Of a stretch of DNA of 64,000 nucleotides, positions 19,687 through 28,988 are shown in pieces. The position numbers were made by a program, and so were the translations under genes. The notes beneath the pieces were generated by a model that worked only from the letters and a program-made list of their open reading frames with translations, was not told the DNA's origin and searched no databases. The DNA is taken from the NCBI GenBank assembly GCA_018372435.1, contig JAHAJA010000003.1, positions 130,585 to 194,584 of the forward strand, in the 5' to 3' direction. The DNA comes from Clostridiales bacterium. GTDB taxonomy: Bacteria > Bacillota > Clostridia > Lachnospirales > Lachnospiraceae. Within the stretch, counting starts at the first letter, position 1, and the number at the start of each line of letters is the position of its first letter.

Positions 19687-21846
19687 ATGATTCATAATAA
19701 TTATATACAAAAAACCTATGCAGGTTGGCTTGGTAAAGTAATTGGTATTCGAATGGGTGCTCCAATAGAAGGTTGGTCGAAAGAAAAGATTGCTAAGTTT
19801 TATGGAAACGAAATGAAAGATTATGTCGTTGATTATCAAGATTTCGCTGCCGATGATGATAGCAATGGTCCAATCTTTTTTGTTAGAGGATTGGAACATT
19901 ATAAGAATCTTACAGCTAGAGAGATGGGATTTACTTGTCTTAATTATATTCCTAAAGAACATGGATTCTTCTGGTGGGGGAATGAACTTTCTACAGAGCA
20001 CACTGCTTATAAGAATCTGTTATCAGGCATGGAAGCACCTCAGTCAGGTAGTGCTAATGTAAATGGAATGGAGATGGTTGAACAAATCGGTGGACAAATA
20101 TTCATTGATTGTTTTGGATTCGTAGCACCAGGAAATCCAAGTTTAGCATGTGAATTAGCAGAAGCAAGTGCAAGAGTTACGCATGATCATGACGGTATTG
20201 CTGGCGCAAGATTCATCGCAGCATGTATTGCTTTAGCATATGAGAAGGACGATATTCTTTCTATTATGAGAGAAGCATTAACATATATCTCACGGGAAGG
20301 CAATTATTATAAAGTAGTTACAGACATGATTCAGTTCTACGAAGAAGGAAAAAGTAGCGAAGAAGCATTTGCATTCATAAGAGAGAAGTATTGGACCGAT
20401 TGTTACAAGGGAATTTGTCACATCATACCGAATGCAGGAATTATTGCAATTGCATTACTATACGGAAAAGGTAACTTTTTAAAGACCATGGAGATTGTGA
20501 ATCTACTTGGATTTGATACGGATTGTAACGCGGGTAATGTCGGAGCAATCTTAGGCGTTTTATGTGGTACTTACGAAGAAAATCAAGTTAATGGAATTCC
20601 AAAACATCTAATTACACCGATTAAAGATGTTATGATAGCCTCTAGCATGGTAGGTAGTTTGAATATCTCCACCTTATCAGAGAATACGTTACTCTTTTGT
20701 AAGCTAGGATATGAGCTAACAGGAATGGAGATGCCAGCGCCATATAAGGAATGGTGGGAAGCACTGGAGAACGAAGGTAAGAGAATCTCTCATTTTGCTT
20801 TTGTAGATGCCATTCATGGATTTCGAATTAAGGGTTCCTACAAGAATGCAGAACTACGTGTAATGAATACGGTAGAAGACTCTTACGAAGGCAATCGTTG
20901 CTTGAAGATTATCTCAAATAATATGCATCCAGGTAATCAGGTGTATGTGTATCAAAAGACCTACTATGAACCAGAGGATCTTCATGATGCAAGATATCAA
21001 CCATGTTTTTCTCCAATTGCATATCCAGGGGATAAGGTGTCATGTTATATTAAGAATGTAACAGGGCAAAAGTTAATGGCATATCTATATTGCGTGGATT
21101 CGACAGCAAATAAGAAATACCGTTTTGCTGAAATGGAAATAAATGGGGATAACTTTGTGGATTTGTGGATAAAAATGGAAAATAATATCCCGATTATCCA
21201 CAATGCAAGAATAAAAGAAGTCGGATTAGAGCTTGTTTCGTTGGAAAATGAAGATATTTACTTTGGAGAACAGGTTATTGTATATATGGATTCGTTCATA
21301 ATAGAGAGTAAACCACAAGTTTCTATTGATTTGTCAACCTTGACTTTTGATGACTATTCCTTGCATAGTGTAGTACAAAAAGAGTTAAGTGGATTTACTC
21401 ATTATCAGCCTACAGTCGATGGAATAGCAATTACCGACGAAGGTGTGAGATTATCTTCTTCAGAGAAAATCTTTACTGGGGATTATTATTGGCAAGATTA
21501 CGAATGCAATTTGAAGTTTTCAATGTTACAAGGAGAGAAATTTGATCTATTACTTCGATCACAGGGAAGTTTACGTTCCTATGGGATTCGAATTACGGGT
21601 AATGAGTTGCAAATTATTCGTAACTTTGAGAATACGGAATTGATTCTTAGTAAAACACCGTTTAAAAGAGAAATTGGTAAAGTATATCAATTGAAAACAA
21701 GAGTTGAGAAGAGCCAGATACATGTTATACTTGAAGATGTTACGCTTGTGGTTGAAGAAGACACGTACGCTTATGGTATGATTGGTATGCAGGTTGACGA
21801 AGAGACAATTGTTGAGCTAAAGCAAGTGTCGGTTAATTATATATAA
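19687..21846 (+). CDS. ADP-ribosylglycohydrolase (ARH/DraG) family protein with ~350-aa C-terminal beta-rich extension
   Basis: ARH-family motifs AGWLGKVIGIRMGAPIEGW, THDHDGIAGARFIAACIALAY and FDTDCNAGNVGAILGVLCG. The C-terminal half has no recognisable catalytic motif. Confidence 0.65.
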   Translation: MIHNNYIQKTYAGWLGKVIGIRMGAPIEGWSKEKIAKFYGNEMKDYVVDYQDFAADDDSNGPIFFVRGLEHYKNLTAREMGFTCLNYIPKEHGFFWWGNELSTEHTAYKNLLSGMEAPQSGSANVNGMEMVEQIGGQIFIDCFGFVAPGNPSLACELAEASARVTHDHDGIAGARFIAACIALAYEKDDILSIMREALTYISREGNYYKVVTDMIQFYEEGKSSEEAFAFIREKYWTDCYKGICHIIPNAGIIAIALLYGKGNFLKTMEIVNLLGFDTDCNAGNVGAILGVLCGTYEENQVNGIPKHLITPIKDVMIASSMVGSLNISTLSENTLLFCKLGYELTGMEMPAPYKEWWEALENEGKRISHFAFVDAIHGFRIKGSYKNAELRVMNTVEDSYEGNRCLKIISNNMHPGNQVYVYQKTYYEPEDLHDARYQPCFSPIAYPGDKVSCYIKNVTGQKLMAYLYCVDSTANKKYRFAEMEINGDNFVDLWIKMENNIPIIHNARIKEVGLELVSLENEDIYFGEQVIVYMDSFIIESKPQVSIDLSTLTFDDYSLHSVVQKELSGFTHYQPTVDGIAITDEGVRLSSSEKIFTGDYYWQDYECNLKFSMLQGEKFDLLLRSQGSLRSYGIRITGNELQIIRNFENTELILSKTPFKREIGKVYQLKTRVEKSQIHVILEDVTLVVEEDTYAYGMIGMQVDEETIVELKQVSVNYI

Positions 21847-21918
21847 TAAAGTTTGAAATTAAAACAAAGATAGAGTACTAGGAATCCCTTTTATTCTATC
21901 TTTGTTTTTTACAAATCA

Positions 21919-22921
21919 CTATAAGAGATAATTTAAGCAAAAGGTAGAGTTATTCATTCGGTTTATCCATGAAGTTGAAGCGTCCATGGCTGCGCGGCAA
22001 CCATTCGTCTGATCCAGTGCATTTAACATAACAAAATCATGAATGATTGCTTGAATCCTCATTTGTGTTACGCCAACGCCAGCTTCTCTTAGGTTCCTTG
22101 CATAGGCTTCTCCCTCATCTCGTAAGACATCAGCTTCACCGTTAAGTATCATAGCATCTGGTAACCCACACAATTGTTCCTTGGTAGCACGAAGTGGTGA
22201 AGCGGTAATTTGATTCCTATCTTCCTCACTCGTGGTATATTGATCCCAAAACCAAATCATACCGTCTCGGTAGAGGTAGTAATCTTCAGCAAACAAACAA
22301 TAGGATTCGGTATCAAAACAAGCATTTGTGACAGGGTAATAGAGAAGCTGTTTGTGAATCTTTGGACCGTTACGATACTTAGCAAGAATTGTCATCACTG
22401 TTGCCATATTACCACCAACACTGTCACCTGCAACAGTTAAGGTAGAGAAGTTAACCTCTAAACGTAATCTACGAAAGATTCGTGGTAAGCTACAAAGTAC
22501 ATGATAACATTGCTCGATAGCAGTAGGATATTTTGCTTCTGGAGACCTAGAATACGCTGGGAAAATCACCACAGAATTCGTTCTTGCGGCTAGCTCATGG
22601 ACGAGCTTTTCATGTGTATGTAGACTACCAAATACCCAACCCGCTCCATGAATATAGTAGATAACATTCGGTGTGCCGACAGTTCGCTGGATATATACAG
22701 TAAACGTTGATTCTACCTAAACTACCAAGATTCATAAGTACTTTCGTCGTTTTTGCTGAATATGTATATACGGGGGTATCTTGTGCTTTCTCTAAAACGA
22801 GACGTCCTTGGTCGGGTGGGAGTTCAAATATAAGTGGTGGTATGGAACTCTGATCACACACTTTCTCAGCAGCAAGTTCTAAGGGTACACATCGCATCAA
22901 TATAAACCTCCTTAATATCAT
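21919..22921 (-). pseudogene. Alpha/beta-hydrolase fold-3 (HSL-family esterase/lipase), frameshifted
   Basis: The oxyanion-hole motif YIHGAGW and nucleophile elbow GDSVGG are present, but the N-terminal ~60 codons (ORF 22625..22921) are in a different frame from the rest. A +1 shift near 22700-22740 is needed to join them. Confidence 0.6.
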
Positions 22922-22976
22922 TTTATGTAAGGGTCAAAATGTAATCTTGGTGTAAAACTCTCTTTACGTTTTCATA

Positions 22977-23208
22977 GATTCTTAACTGACGTACTATGAC
23001 ACGTAACACGCTACACACCTAAGTACTTCTATGTGTGTACGGAATAGTTATGAAAACGATACGGAATCGCCTTCGATACGGCATCCTGCCGTAGCTCAGG
23101 CTGGCTCGGCCTCCATGCCACGCCTTCCTAGATAGCCAAAGTACACACTAAGAAGTACTATAGGTGTTTCGCTATCGTTACTTAGTCATAGTACGTCAGC
23201 TAAGAATC
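22977..23208. repeat. MITE-like element: ~65-bp imperfect terminal inverted repeats flanking a ~100-bp GC-rich core
   Basis: Left arm 22977..23040 (GATTCTTAACTGACGTACTATGAC...GTGTGTAC) is ~80% identical to the reverse complement of right arm 23141..23208. The core 23041..23140 is GC-rich, in contrast to the AT-rich surroundings. Confidence 0.55.
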
Positions 23209-23390
23209 AAAGCTACATTGTTATGAGTTTTGCTTTTCTACTTTATATCTTTTGATCCTCATATCATATAATAGTAGTATATGAGAATATGTTAATAATG
23301 TTAAAATACAAAAGTATTTCATCAAGGGATTACGCTAATCCACTAGAAAGAAGAAAAAAGGTATGCTATACTAAAAAACATATAACAGAA

Positions 23391-24395
23391 ATGAAATTGG
23401 AAGTTGGGAATATTGTGAAGAAGAAAATAGAAGAGTTTTGTAGGTCGCTAGGTCTGGATACCTTTGGCTTTGTACCATGTAGAACTTTTGATGAGCTAAG
23501 AGAATTATATCAAGTAAGACAAGAGAAAAAGCTACAAAATGAATTTGAAGAAAAAGATATCGAAAAGAGGATAAGACCCTCTCATTATATGGAAGATGGG
23601 AAGACAATACTATCAATCGCATTTCCTTATTATCACGAGGGAGAAGATATTAATAATGGTTTTTCCATATATACAAAACGTCCAGATTATCATCGTGTAG
23701 TCATGCAATATATGGATAAAATCTGCGAATTTATTATATCCTTAGGTGGTAAAGCAAAGGGATTTGTGGATAGTAATACATTGCCAGAACGGTATATTGC
23801 CTATCTTGCAGGAGTTGGATTTATTGGAAGAAACAATATGATTATTACGAAGAAGTATGGTTCTTATGTATTCTTAGGTGAGATTATAACAGATCTTAAG
23901 ATCCCCTGTGAGGACAAGCGTACCTTTGACCAGATAAGAGAATATGCGCAGTGTGGCGAATGTATGAATTGCATTAAGGAATGTCCAACCAAATCAATCA
24001 ATAAGCATCAAATCAATCCGAATATTTGCTTATCTTATATAACACAAAAGAAAGAGATATCAAACAAGGAAATATCCTTGTTGGAAGGAAATGTATTTGG
24101 TTGTGATTTTTGCCAGCTACAGTGTCCGTACAATCAAAATGTCACATGCAATGTATTATCTGAGTTCAAGACAGTGGAGTATATGAATGAGGATATCTAT
24201 GTGTATGCAAATATGAATAACCAATATTTCAAAGAAAAGATTGGTAAAACCTCTTGTGGTTGGCGAGGGAAGAATGTTATTAAGCGTAATGCAATTATTG
24301 GAATTAATTTTCAAGATAGAAAGTATGATTTGAATGAATTTCGTGGTGACTCACCATATATTAATGAATATATTGATAGAATACAGGAAAAATAA
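23391..24395 (+). CDS. queG: Epoxyqueuosine reductase QueG
   Basis: C-terminal 4Fe-4S cluster motifs CGECMNCIKECP and CDFCQLQCP plus a QueG-like N-terminus. The start is ambiguous: the ORF is open from 23289, but the homology begins near 23391. Confidence 0.7.
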   Translation: MKLEVGNIVKKKIEEFCRSLGLDTFGFVPCRTFDELRELYQVRQEKKLQNEFEEKDIEKRIRPSHYMEDGKTILSIAFPYYHEGEDINNGFSIYTKRPDYHRVVMQYMDKICEFIISLGGKAKGFVDSNTLPERYIAYLAGVGFIGRNNMIITKKYGSYVFLGEIITDLKIPCEDKRTFDQIREYAQCGECMNCIKECPTKSINKHQINPNICLSYITQKKEISNKEISLLEGNVFGCDFCQLQCPYNQNVTCNVLSEFKTVEYMNEDIYVYANMNNQYFKEKIGKTSCGWRGKNVIKRNAIIGINFQDRKYDLNEFRGDSPYINEYIDRIQEK

Positions 24396-24423
24396 TTAGG
24401 TGCATAAGTTTAAAATATAAGAA

Positions 24424-24472
24424 GAGTACGTGGCTGATATGGGTCATGCACTCTTCTTTTTTGTAGTTTAAT
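24424..24472 (+). terminator. Rho-independent terminator after queG
   Basis: AAGAAGAGTAC...GCACTCTTCTT stem followed by TTTTTT. Confidence 0.65.
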
Positions 24473-24607
24473 AAGTGCCATCGCCTTAAGTAGCAACCTT
24501 TAACGAAAATAACAGAAATTGTACGAATTTCCACGAAAAAAATCATAAAACATAAAACTTTTCACTCTTTTAAATTGTCTAATATGATAGAATGAAAAAT
24601 AGAGGAG

Positions 24608-25603
24608 ATGGTTATCGTGTTAAGAGAACAAAGAAAAAGACTTAGAAGAAAAAGAAGAAAACAATTACTAGTTGCCCTAGCATTAACAGGGATCCTTAGT
24701 GTATCTATTATAGAATCTGCTGCTCATGAGAACGAAGCAACGAACCAGAATAATTTCACGAATATTGTTACATTAGAATCTGTTAAAGACAATGGATTTG
24801 AGAACATAAAACCGTTGAGCAAAGATGAGCAGAAATATGAGGAGCTTGATGGAGAAGAAAGCAGTAAAGAAAACAATGTAAATGATGATGGAGTTGTAAA
24901 ACCAACAGAAACCATTGAAAACTATGTTCAAGAAGAAAAAGAAGAATCTAAGCAAGAAGAAAATAAAAAAGAAGAAAATAAAAAAGATAAAAATAAAAAA
25001 GATGAAGTAAGTACACATAATGAAAATGATATAGAAAAAGATAACTTTTCGGATGCAGTATTTATAGGGGATTCCAGAACCGAAGGACTACAGATTAACA
25101 CAGGGTTAACAACAGCAAAATTCTTATCGGCAAAGGGATTAATGGTTGATACTGCTTTGAAAAACAATGTAATCAAGTTGAAGAATGGATCGAGAGGTAC
25201 TGTCATCGATGGTTTGAAAGAAGGAACCTATAATCGAGTTTATGTAATGTTTGGTATGAATGAACTAGGTTGGCCATATCTCGATGTATTCACTAGTCGT
25301 TATGAAAAACTAATTACAGAAATAAAAAAAGTACAACCGAATGCAACGATTTATGTGCAATCAATTTTACCTGTTTCAAAAGCGAAATCGGATAAAGATT
25401 CTATCTACAATAACGAGAATATTAATAAGTTCAATAAAGCAATTAAAGATATGGCAAATAAGAATGGATATATTTACTTAGATGTGGCAAGTGCCGTAAA
25501 AGACAGTAATTCGGCATTACCAAGTAATGCAAGTTCAGATGGTGTACATTTGAATAAAGAATATAGCCAAAAGTGGTTAAACTACTTAAGAGATACTAAA
25601 TAA
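24608..25603 (+). CDS. SGNH/GDSL-family hydrolase with N-terminal membrane anchor and low-complexity E/K-rich linker
   Basis: GDS block VFIGDSRTEG and the catalytic DGVHLN near the C-terminus. KKEENKK-type tandem repeats lie in the linker. Confidence 0.7.
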   Translation: MVIVLREQRKRLRRKRRKQLLVALALTGILSVSIIESAAHENEATNQNNFTNIVTLESVKDNGFENIKPLSKDEQKYEELDGEESSKENNVNDDGVVKPTETIENYVQEEKEESKQEENKKEENKKDKNKKDEVSTHNENDIEKDNFSDAVFIGDSRTEGLQINTGLTTAKFLSAKGLMVDTALKNNVIKLKNGSRGTVIDGLKEGTYNRVYVMFGMNELGWPYLDVFTSRYEKLITEIKKVQPNATIYVQSILPVSKAKSDKDSIYNNENINKFNKAIKDMANKNGYIYLDVASAVKDSNSALPSNASSDGVHLNKEYSQKWLNYLRDTK

Positions 25604-25625
25604 AACGAAGGAGGAAGTTGAGTTT

Positions 25626-26069
25626 ATGAAACGAATAATTTTATTAATCATGATGGCAGCACTATTAACTGGTTGTGGCAAGAAAGAGGTAGCCAATATT
25701 AATCCTGACGATATAGCAAATCGTCTATTGAAGGAAGTGACCTATGGTGGAAACATGGATCAGATGAATGATGATATGATTGCAATATTATATGATGTGA
25801 ATGCAGAAGATGTTAGCAAACAAATCGTTTATTGTAGTACAGATGCCACTGCTGATGAAATTGCTGTTTTTGAAGCAACATCAGAAGATGCAGTGAAACG
25901 TGTAGAAGAAGTGGTAAAACAAAGGGTGACGGATCAAAAGGCAAGCTTTGAAGGTTATGGACCAAAGGAAGTTGAAAAGTTAGAGAAGGCAATTGTTAAG
26001 AGAGTAGGAAAGGTAGTTGTTTTGTGCGTATCTAATGATAGTGATAAAGCAAATGAAATTTTTAAATAG
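25626..26069 (+). CDS. DUF4358-family lipoprotein
   Basis: Lipobox LLTGCGK. The size and sequence pattern (..DDMIAILYDVNAEDV...ADEIAVFEATSED...) match DUF4358. Confidence 0.55.
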   Translation: MKRIILLIMMAALLTGCGKKEVANINPDDIANRLLKEVTYGGNMDQMNDDMIAILYDVNAEDVSKQIVYCSTDATADEIAVFEATSEDAVKRVEEVVKQRVTDQKASFEGYGPKEVEKLEKAIVKRVGKVVVLCVSNDSDKANEIFK

Positions 26070-26096
26070 ATAAGAAACAGTAATAAAATGATAGTA

Positions 26097-26155
26097 ATGA
26101 AAGAGCAAGCAATGTGAAACCTAGATAATTAGGAATACATATTGCTTGCTCTTTC
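26097..26155. terminator. Bidirectional terminator hairpin between convergent genes
   Basis: 13-bp stem AAGAGCAAGCAAT / ATTGCTTGCTCTT. Confidence 0.5.
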
Positions 26156-26232
26156 GCATATGAGATAGGTGGATTGAGCTGATTTGAAGAGAATTTCAAA
26201 TTCGTTTGCTAACTTAGTTATTCATCCGATAT

Positions 26233-26718
26233 CTATACTTCTTGCTTAGAGGACTCATCATCTCCTGTCATAGATGGGGGCGTCATATAATTATGTTTTG
26301 GTTTGTCAGCTATCTTAGTCATTGTAATTGTCTCATTACCTTCAGAATCTGTGGTTGTTATCTTCAGATAGATGGACCCATCTGGTCCAACTACATATTC
26401 TCTAACAGAATCACTTTCAATCTTTTCACCACTTCCTGAGGAATTTGAAGTACCATTAGTAGATGCTATATCTTCCTCAGTTGGAGCGTTTGGATCTTCG
26501 CTATTTTCTTGTTTTGTAGCTTTGATTAGTTCCATGATATTACCATAGGTTTCAGAAGGAACAACCGCTGAAGAATCCTTGATGGTGCTTATGTAAGAAT
26601 CTTTATCAGTATCCGCATTCGCATTTGTGGTTTGGTTGGAATTCTCAGTATACGTTCTTTGCAATGTGCTTTGTGCCTCAATCGCGTTAAGGCGTTGTCT
26701 TAACGATTCAATAGTCAT
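26233..26718 (-). CDS. Hypothetical acidic S/T/N-rich protein
   Basis: 161-aa ORF with an RBS. N-terminal helix MTIESLRQRLNAIEAQ, a low-complexity middle, and a C-terminal beta-rich segment. No family recognised. Confidence 0.4.
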   Translation of the reverse strand: MTIESLRQRLNAIEAQSTLQRTYTENSNQTTNANADTDKDSYISTIKDSSAVVPSETYGNIMELIKATKQENSEDPNAPTEEDIASTNGTSNSSGSGEKIESDSVREYVVGPDGSIYLKITTTDSEGNETITMTKIADKPKHNYMTPPSMTGDDESSKQEV

Positions 26719-26980
26719 AGTATGACCTCCTATTTTTCGTGTGTACGTCCATGTAATAGTGGGAAAACATCCTATTTTCTATACTACATATCGGTATAAA
26801 TATTTGTTTTATTATACAGTTCACAGAAACTACATATAAAGTTCACAAAGAAAAATGTAAAATGAGTATAATGTAAATGGCATTATTTACCGATACTATA
26901 CATAGCATTACCTTATATAAGGAAAAATAGATATGACGTAATGTGAATCTTATAAATGAAAAAGAAAGGAGGACATTGTC

Positions 26981-27145
26981 ATGTATCAAGATAGTTTACG
27001 TAACCAAATAAGTGTATTACATGATTGTAGTACATATACTAAAAGAATAATTAACTGGAAAACATGCTATAGAGATCAAAACTATTGTGAACATAACAAT
27101 AGAATCCAATCCATAGAACAAGTAAGTTTAATTGAAATTAACTGA
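26981..27145 (+). CDS. Small Cys/His-containing hypothetical protein (54 aa)
   Basis: Strong RBS AAAGGAGG 7 nt upstream. MYQDSLRNQISVLHDCSTYTKRIINWKTCYRDQNYCEH...; it is absent from the ORF track only because it is shorter than 60 aa. Confidence 0.4.
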   Translation: MYQDSLRNQISVLHDCSTYTKRIINWKTCYRDQNYCEHNNRIQSIEQVSLIEIN

Positions 27146-27234
27146 TATTAAGTTGTAGTTTCGATAGCAATGTTTTCTTGTTATTTAGTAGAATCATGCT
27201 ATCGGCTGAATAGGATATAGGGATAGGTAAGCCG

Positions 27235-27285
27235 ATTACTAGATGCGATAAGCGTGTAGTAGTGGGCTTTTTTTGATAGCATATC
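27235..27285 (+). terminator. Rho-independent terminator after the 54-aa ORF
   Basis: GCCGATTACTA...TAGTAGTGGGC stem followed by TTTTTTT. Confidence 0.55.
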
Positions 27286-27300
27286 AAGGAGGAATATAAG

Positions 27301-27489
27301 ATGGCGAAATATAGAGAAACAGTATGCATGTATTATGTTGCATTAGGGGAATGTAAAAAAGGTAGAGATGCATGTCATGAGCATTATTGTCAAAAATGTA
27401 ATAAATATTACCCTAGAGCAAAAGAAAGACATATCAATCAGAAAAAGAAAAGTTTACAAGATTTAAGAAAAAATGAACGATATGATTAG
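27301..27489 (+). CDS. Small cysteine-rich (putative zinc-binding) protein immediately upstream of rtcB
   Basis: RBS AAGGAGG. The 62-aa product has the cluster C9,C18,C25,H26,H28,C30,C33. It ends 34 nt before rtcB, so co-transcription is likely. Confidence 0.5.
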   Translation: MAKYRETVCMYYVALGECKKGRDACHEHYCQKCNKYYPRAKERHINQKKKSLQDLRKNERYD

Positions 27490-27523
27490 TGTATTATAGA
27501 AATTAAGGAGAATAGATTGAGAT

Positions 27524-28735
27524 ATGATTATAATAGAAGGTAAGTATAACATAGCGAAAGTTTTCACAGATATTGTGGAGGAAACTGCATTGTCACAGAT
27601 TAGAACATTATGCAATCAGGAATTCGTGAAGGATTCAAAGATACGAATTATGCCTGATGTGCATGCCGGAGCAGGTTGTACCATCGGTACAACCATGACG
27701 ATTAAAGATAAGATTGTTCCGAATCTGGTTGGAGTGGATATTGGATGTGGTATGGAAACAATTCAGGTTAAGAACAAACATATAGAATTACAGAAGTTAG
27801 ACAAATTAATCTACGAAGAGATACCATCTGGTTTCAATATTCGAAAGAAGCCACATAAATACAATGATGAAGTTGATCTAACTGCTCTTAGATGCAAGCT
27901 AGATGGTAAAATCAACATAGCAAGAGCACAGATGTCACTTGGAACCTTAGGTGGTGGAAATCATTTTATAGAAGTAGACCAAGATGAGGAAGCAAACTTG
28001 TATATCGTTGTTCATTCAGGCTCAAGACATCTAGGACTTGAAGTGGCAAATTACTATCAAGAACAAGCCTATCGTTCATTGAACCAAAACACGGCACAAG
28101 ATATCTATCATCTTGCAGAAGAATATAAGGCATTAGGAAAAGATCATGAAATTCAATCTGCCGTCAAAGCTTTGAAGCAACAAATTAAGACTGAAATTCC
28201 GAAGCAACTTACCTATGTATCTGATAAGTTAATGGAAGACTATATCCATGATATGATGATTGTCCAGAGATTTGCTATGTTGAATCGTAAGGCAATGATG
28301 GATGTAATCATTAAGGGAATGAAACTCAAAGTAGTAGAGGAGTTCACAACAATCCATAATTATATTGATATTGAAAACATGATATTAAGAAAAGGTGCTG
28401 TGTCAGCTGCAAAGGGTGAGAAGTTATTAATACCTATTAATATGAGAGATGGTTCTTTGATTTGCATTGGTAAGGGGAATACAGATTGGAATCAATCTGC
28501 ACCACATGGTGCAGGACGCTTAATGTCAAGAAAGCAGGCTAAGAATGCCTATACCGTATCGGAATTCAAGAAAGAGATGAAAGGGATCTATACGACATCC
28601 GTTAATGATAAAACTTTAGATGAGTGCCCTATGGCATATAAAGGTATGGAGGATATCGTGAGCAACATAGCGGATACGGTCGAGATTATGAAGGTGATTA
28701 AACCAATCTATAACTTTAAGGCTGGAGAAGAGTAG
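27524..28735 (+). CDS. rtcB: RtcB-family RNA 3'-phosphate/5'-OH ligase
   Basis: Metal-binding and GTP motifs (DVHAGAGCTIG, GGGNHFIEV, HNYI, PHGAGR), ~400 aa. Confidence 0.9.
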   Translation: MIIIEGKYNIAKVFTDIVEETALSQIRTLCNQEFVKDSKIRIMPDVHAGAGCTIGTTMTIKDKIVPNLVGVDIGCGMETIQVKNKHIELQKLDKLIYEEIPSGFNIRKKPHKYNDEVDLTALRCKLDGKINIARAQMSLGTLGGGNHFIEVDQDEEANLYIVVHSGSRHLGLEVANYYQEQAYRSLNQNTAQDIYHLAEEYKALGKDHEIQSAVKALKQQIKTEIPKQLTYVSDKLMEDYIHDMMIVQRFAMLNRKAMMDVIIKGMKLKVVEEFTTIHNYIDIENMILRKGAVSAAKGEKLLIPINMRDGSLICIGKGNTDWNQSAPHGAGRLMSRKQAKNAYTVSEFKKEMKGIYTTSVNDKTLDECPMAYKGMEDIVSNIADTVEIMKVIKPIYNFKAGEE

Positions 28736-28768
28736 TTAAATGTAGCATAGAAAATGGATAAGTATAAA

Positions 28769-28806
28769 AGCAATGCAATTTTTAATTAAGTTGCATTGCT
28801 TTTTTT
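28769..28806 (+). terminator. Rho-independent terminator after rtcB
   Basis: AGCAATGCAA...TTGCATTGCT followed by TTTTTTT. Confidence 0.75.
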
Positions 28807-28988
28807 GAGAAGGATTGCTTAATTTAATTGACCTAATAACTTTATGACTTAATTGAGGATGAAAAGATTATGATGAAATGAACGAGAAATTTAACAAGAT
28901 ATTCCTAAAGAATAAACAAAATGTTTAATTATGGTAAAACATATGATATAATTTGGACTAAAATGCGTTAATAAGAAGGGAATTCAAG

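Noticed and set aside
23041-23140. tRNA-like sequence (GCCGTAGCTCAGGCTGG) in the GC-rich core of the inverted-repeat element
   Set aside because: It resembles a tRNA acceptor plus D-arm start, but there is no matching D-stem (GCTC...GAGC), no anticodon arm, and no T-arm GGTTCGAATCC. At most it is a fragment.
23289-23390. Extended N-terminus (34 extra codons) for queG as given in the ORF track
   Set aside because: QueG homologs begin at the MKLEVGN...FCRSLGLDTFGF segment. The upstream in-frame codons encode a basic, low-complexity stretch, and there is no better RBS there.
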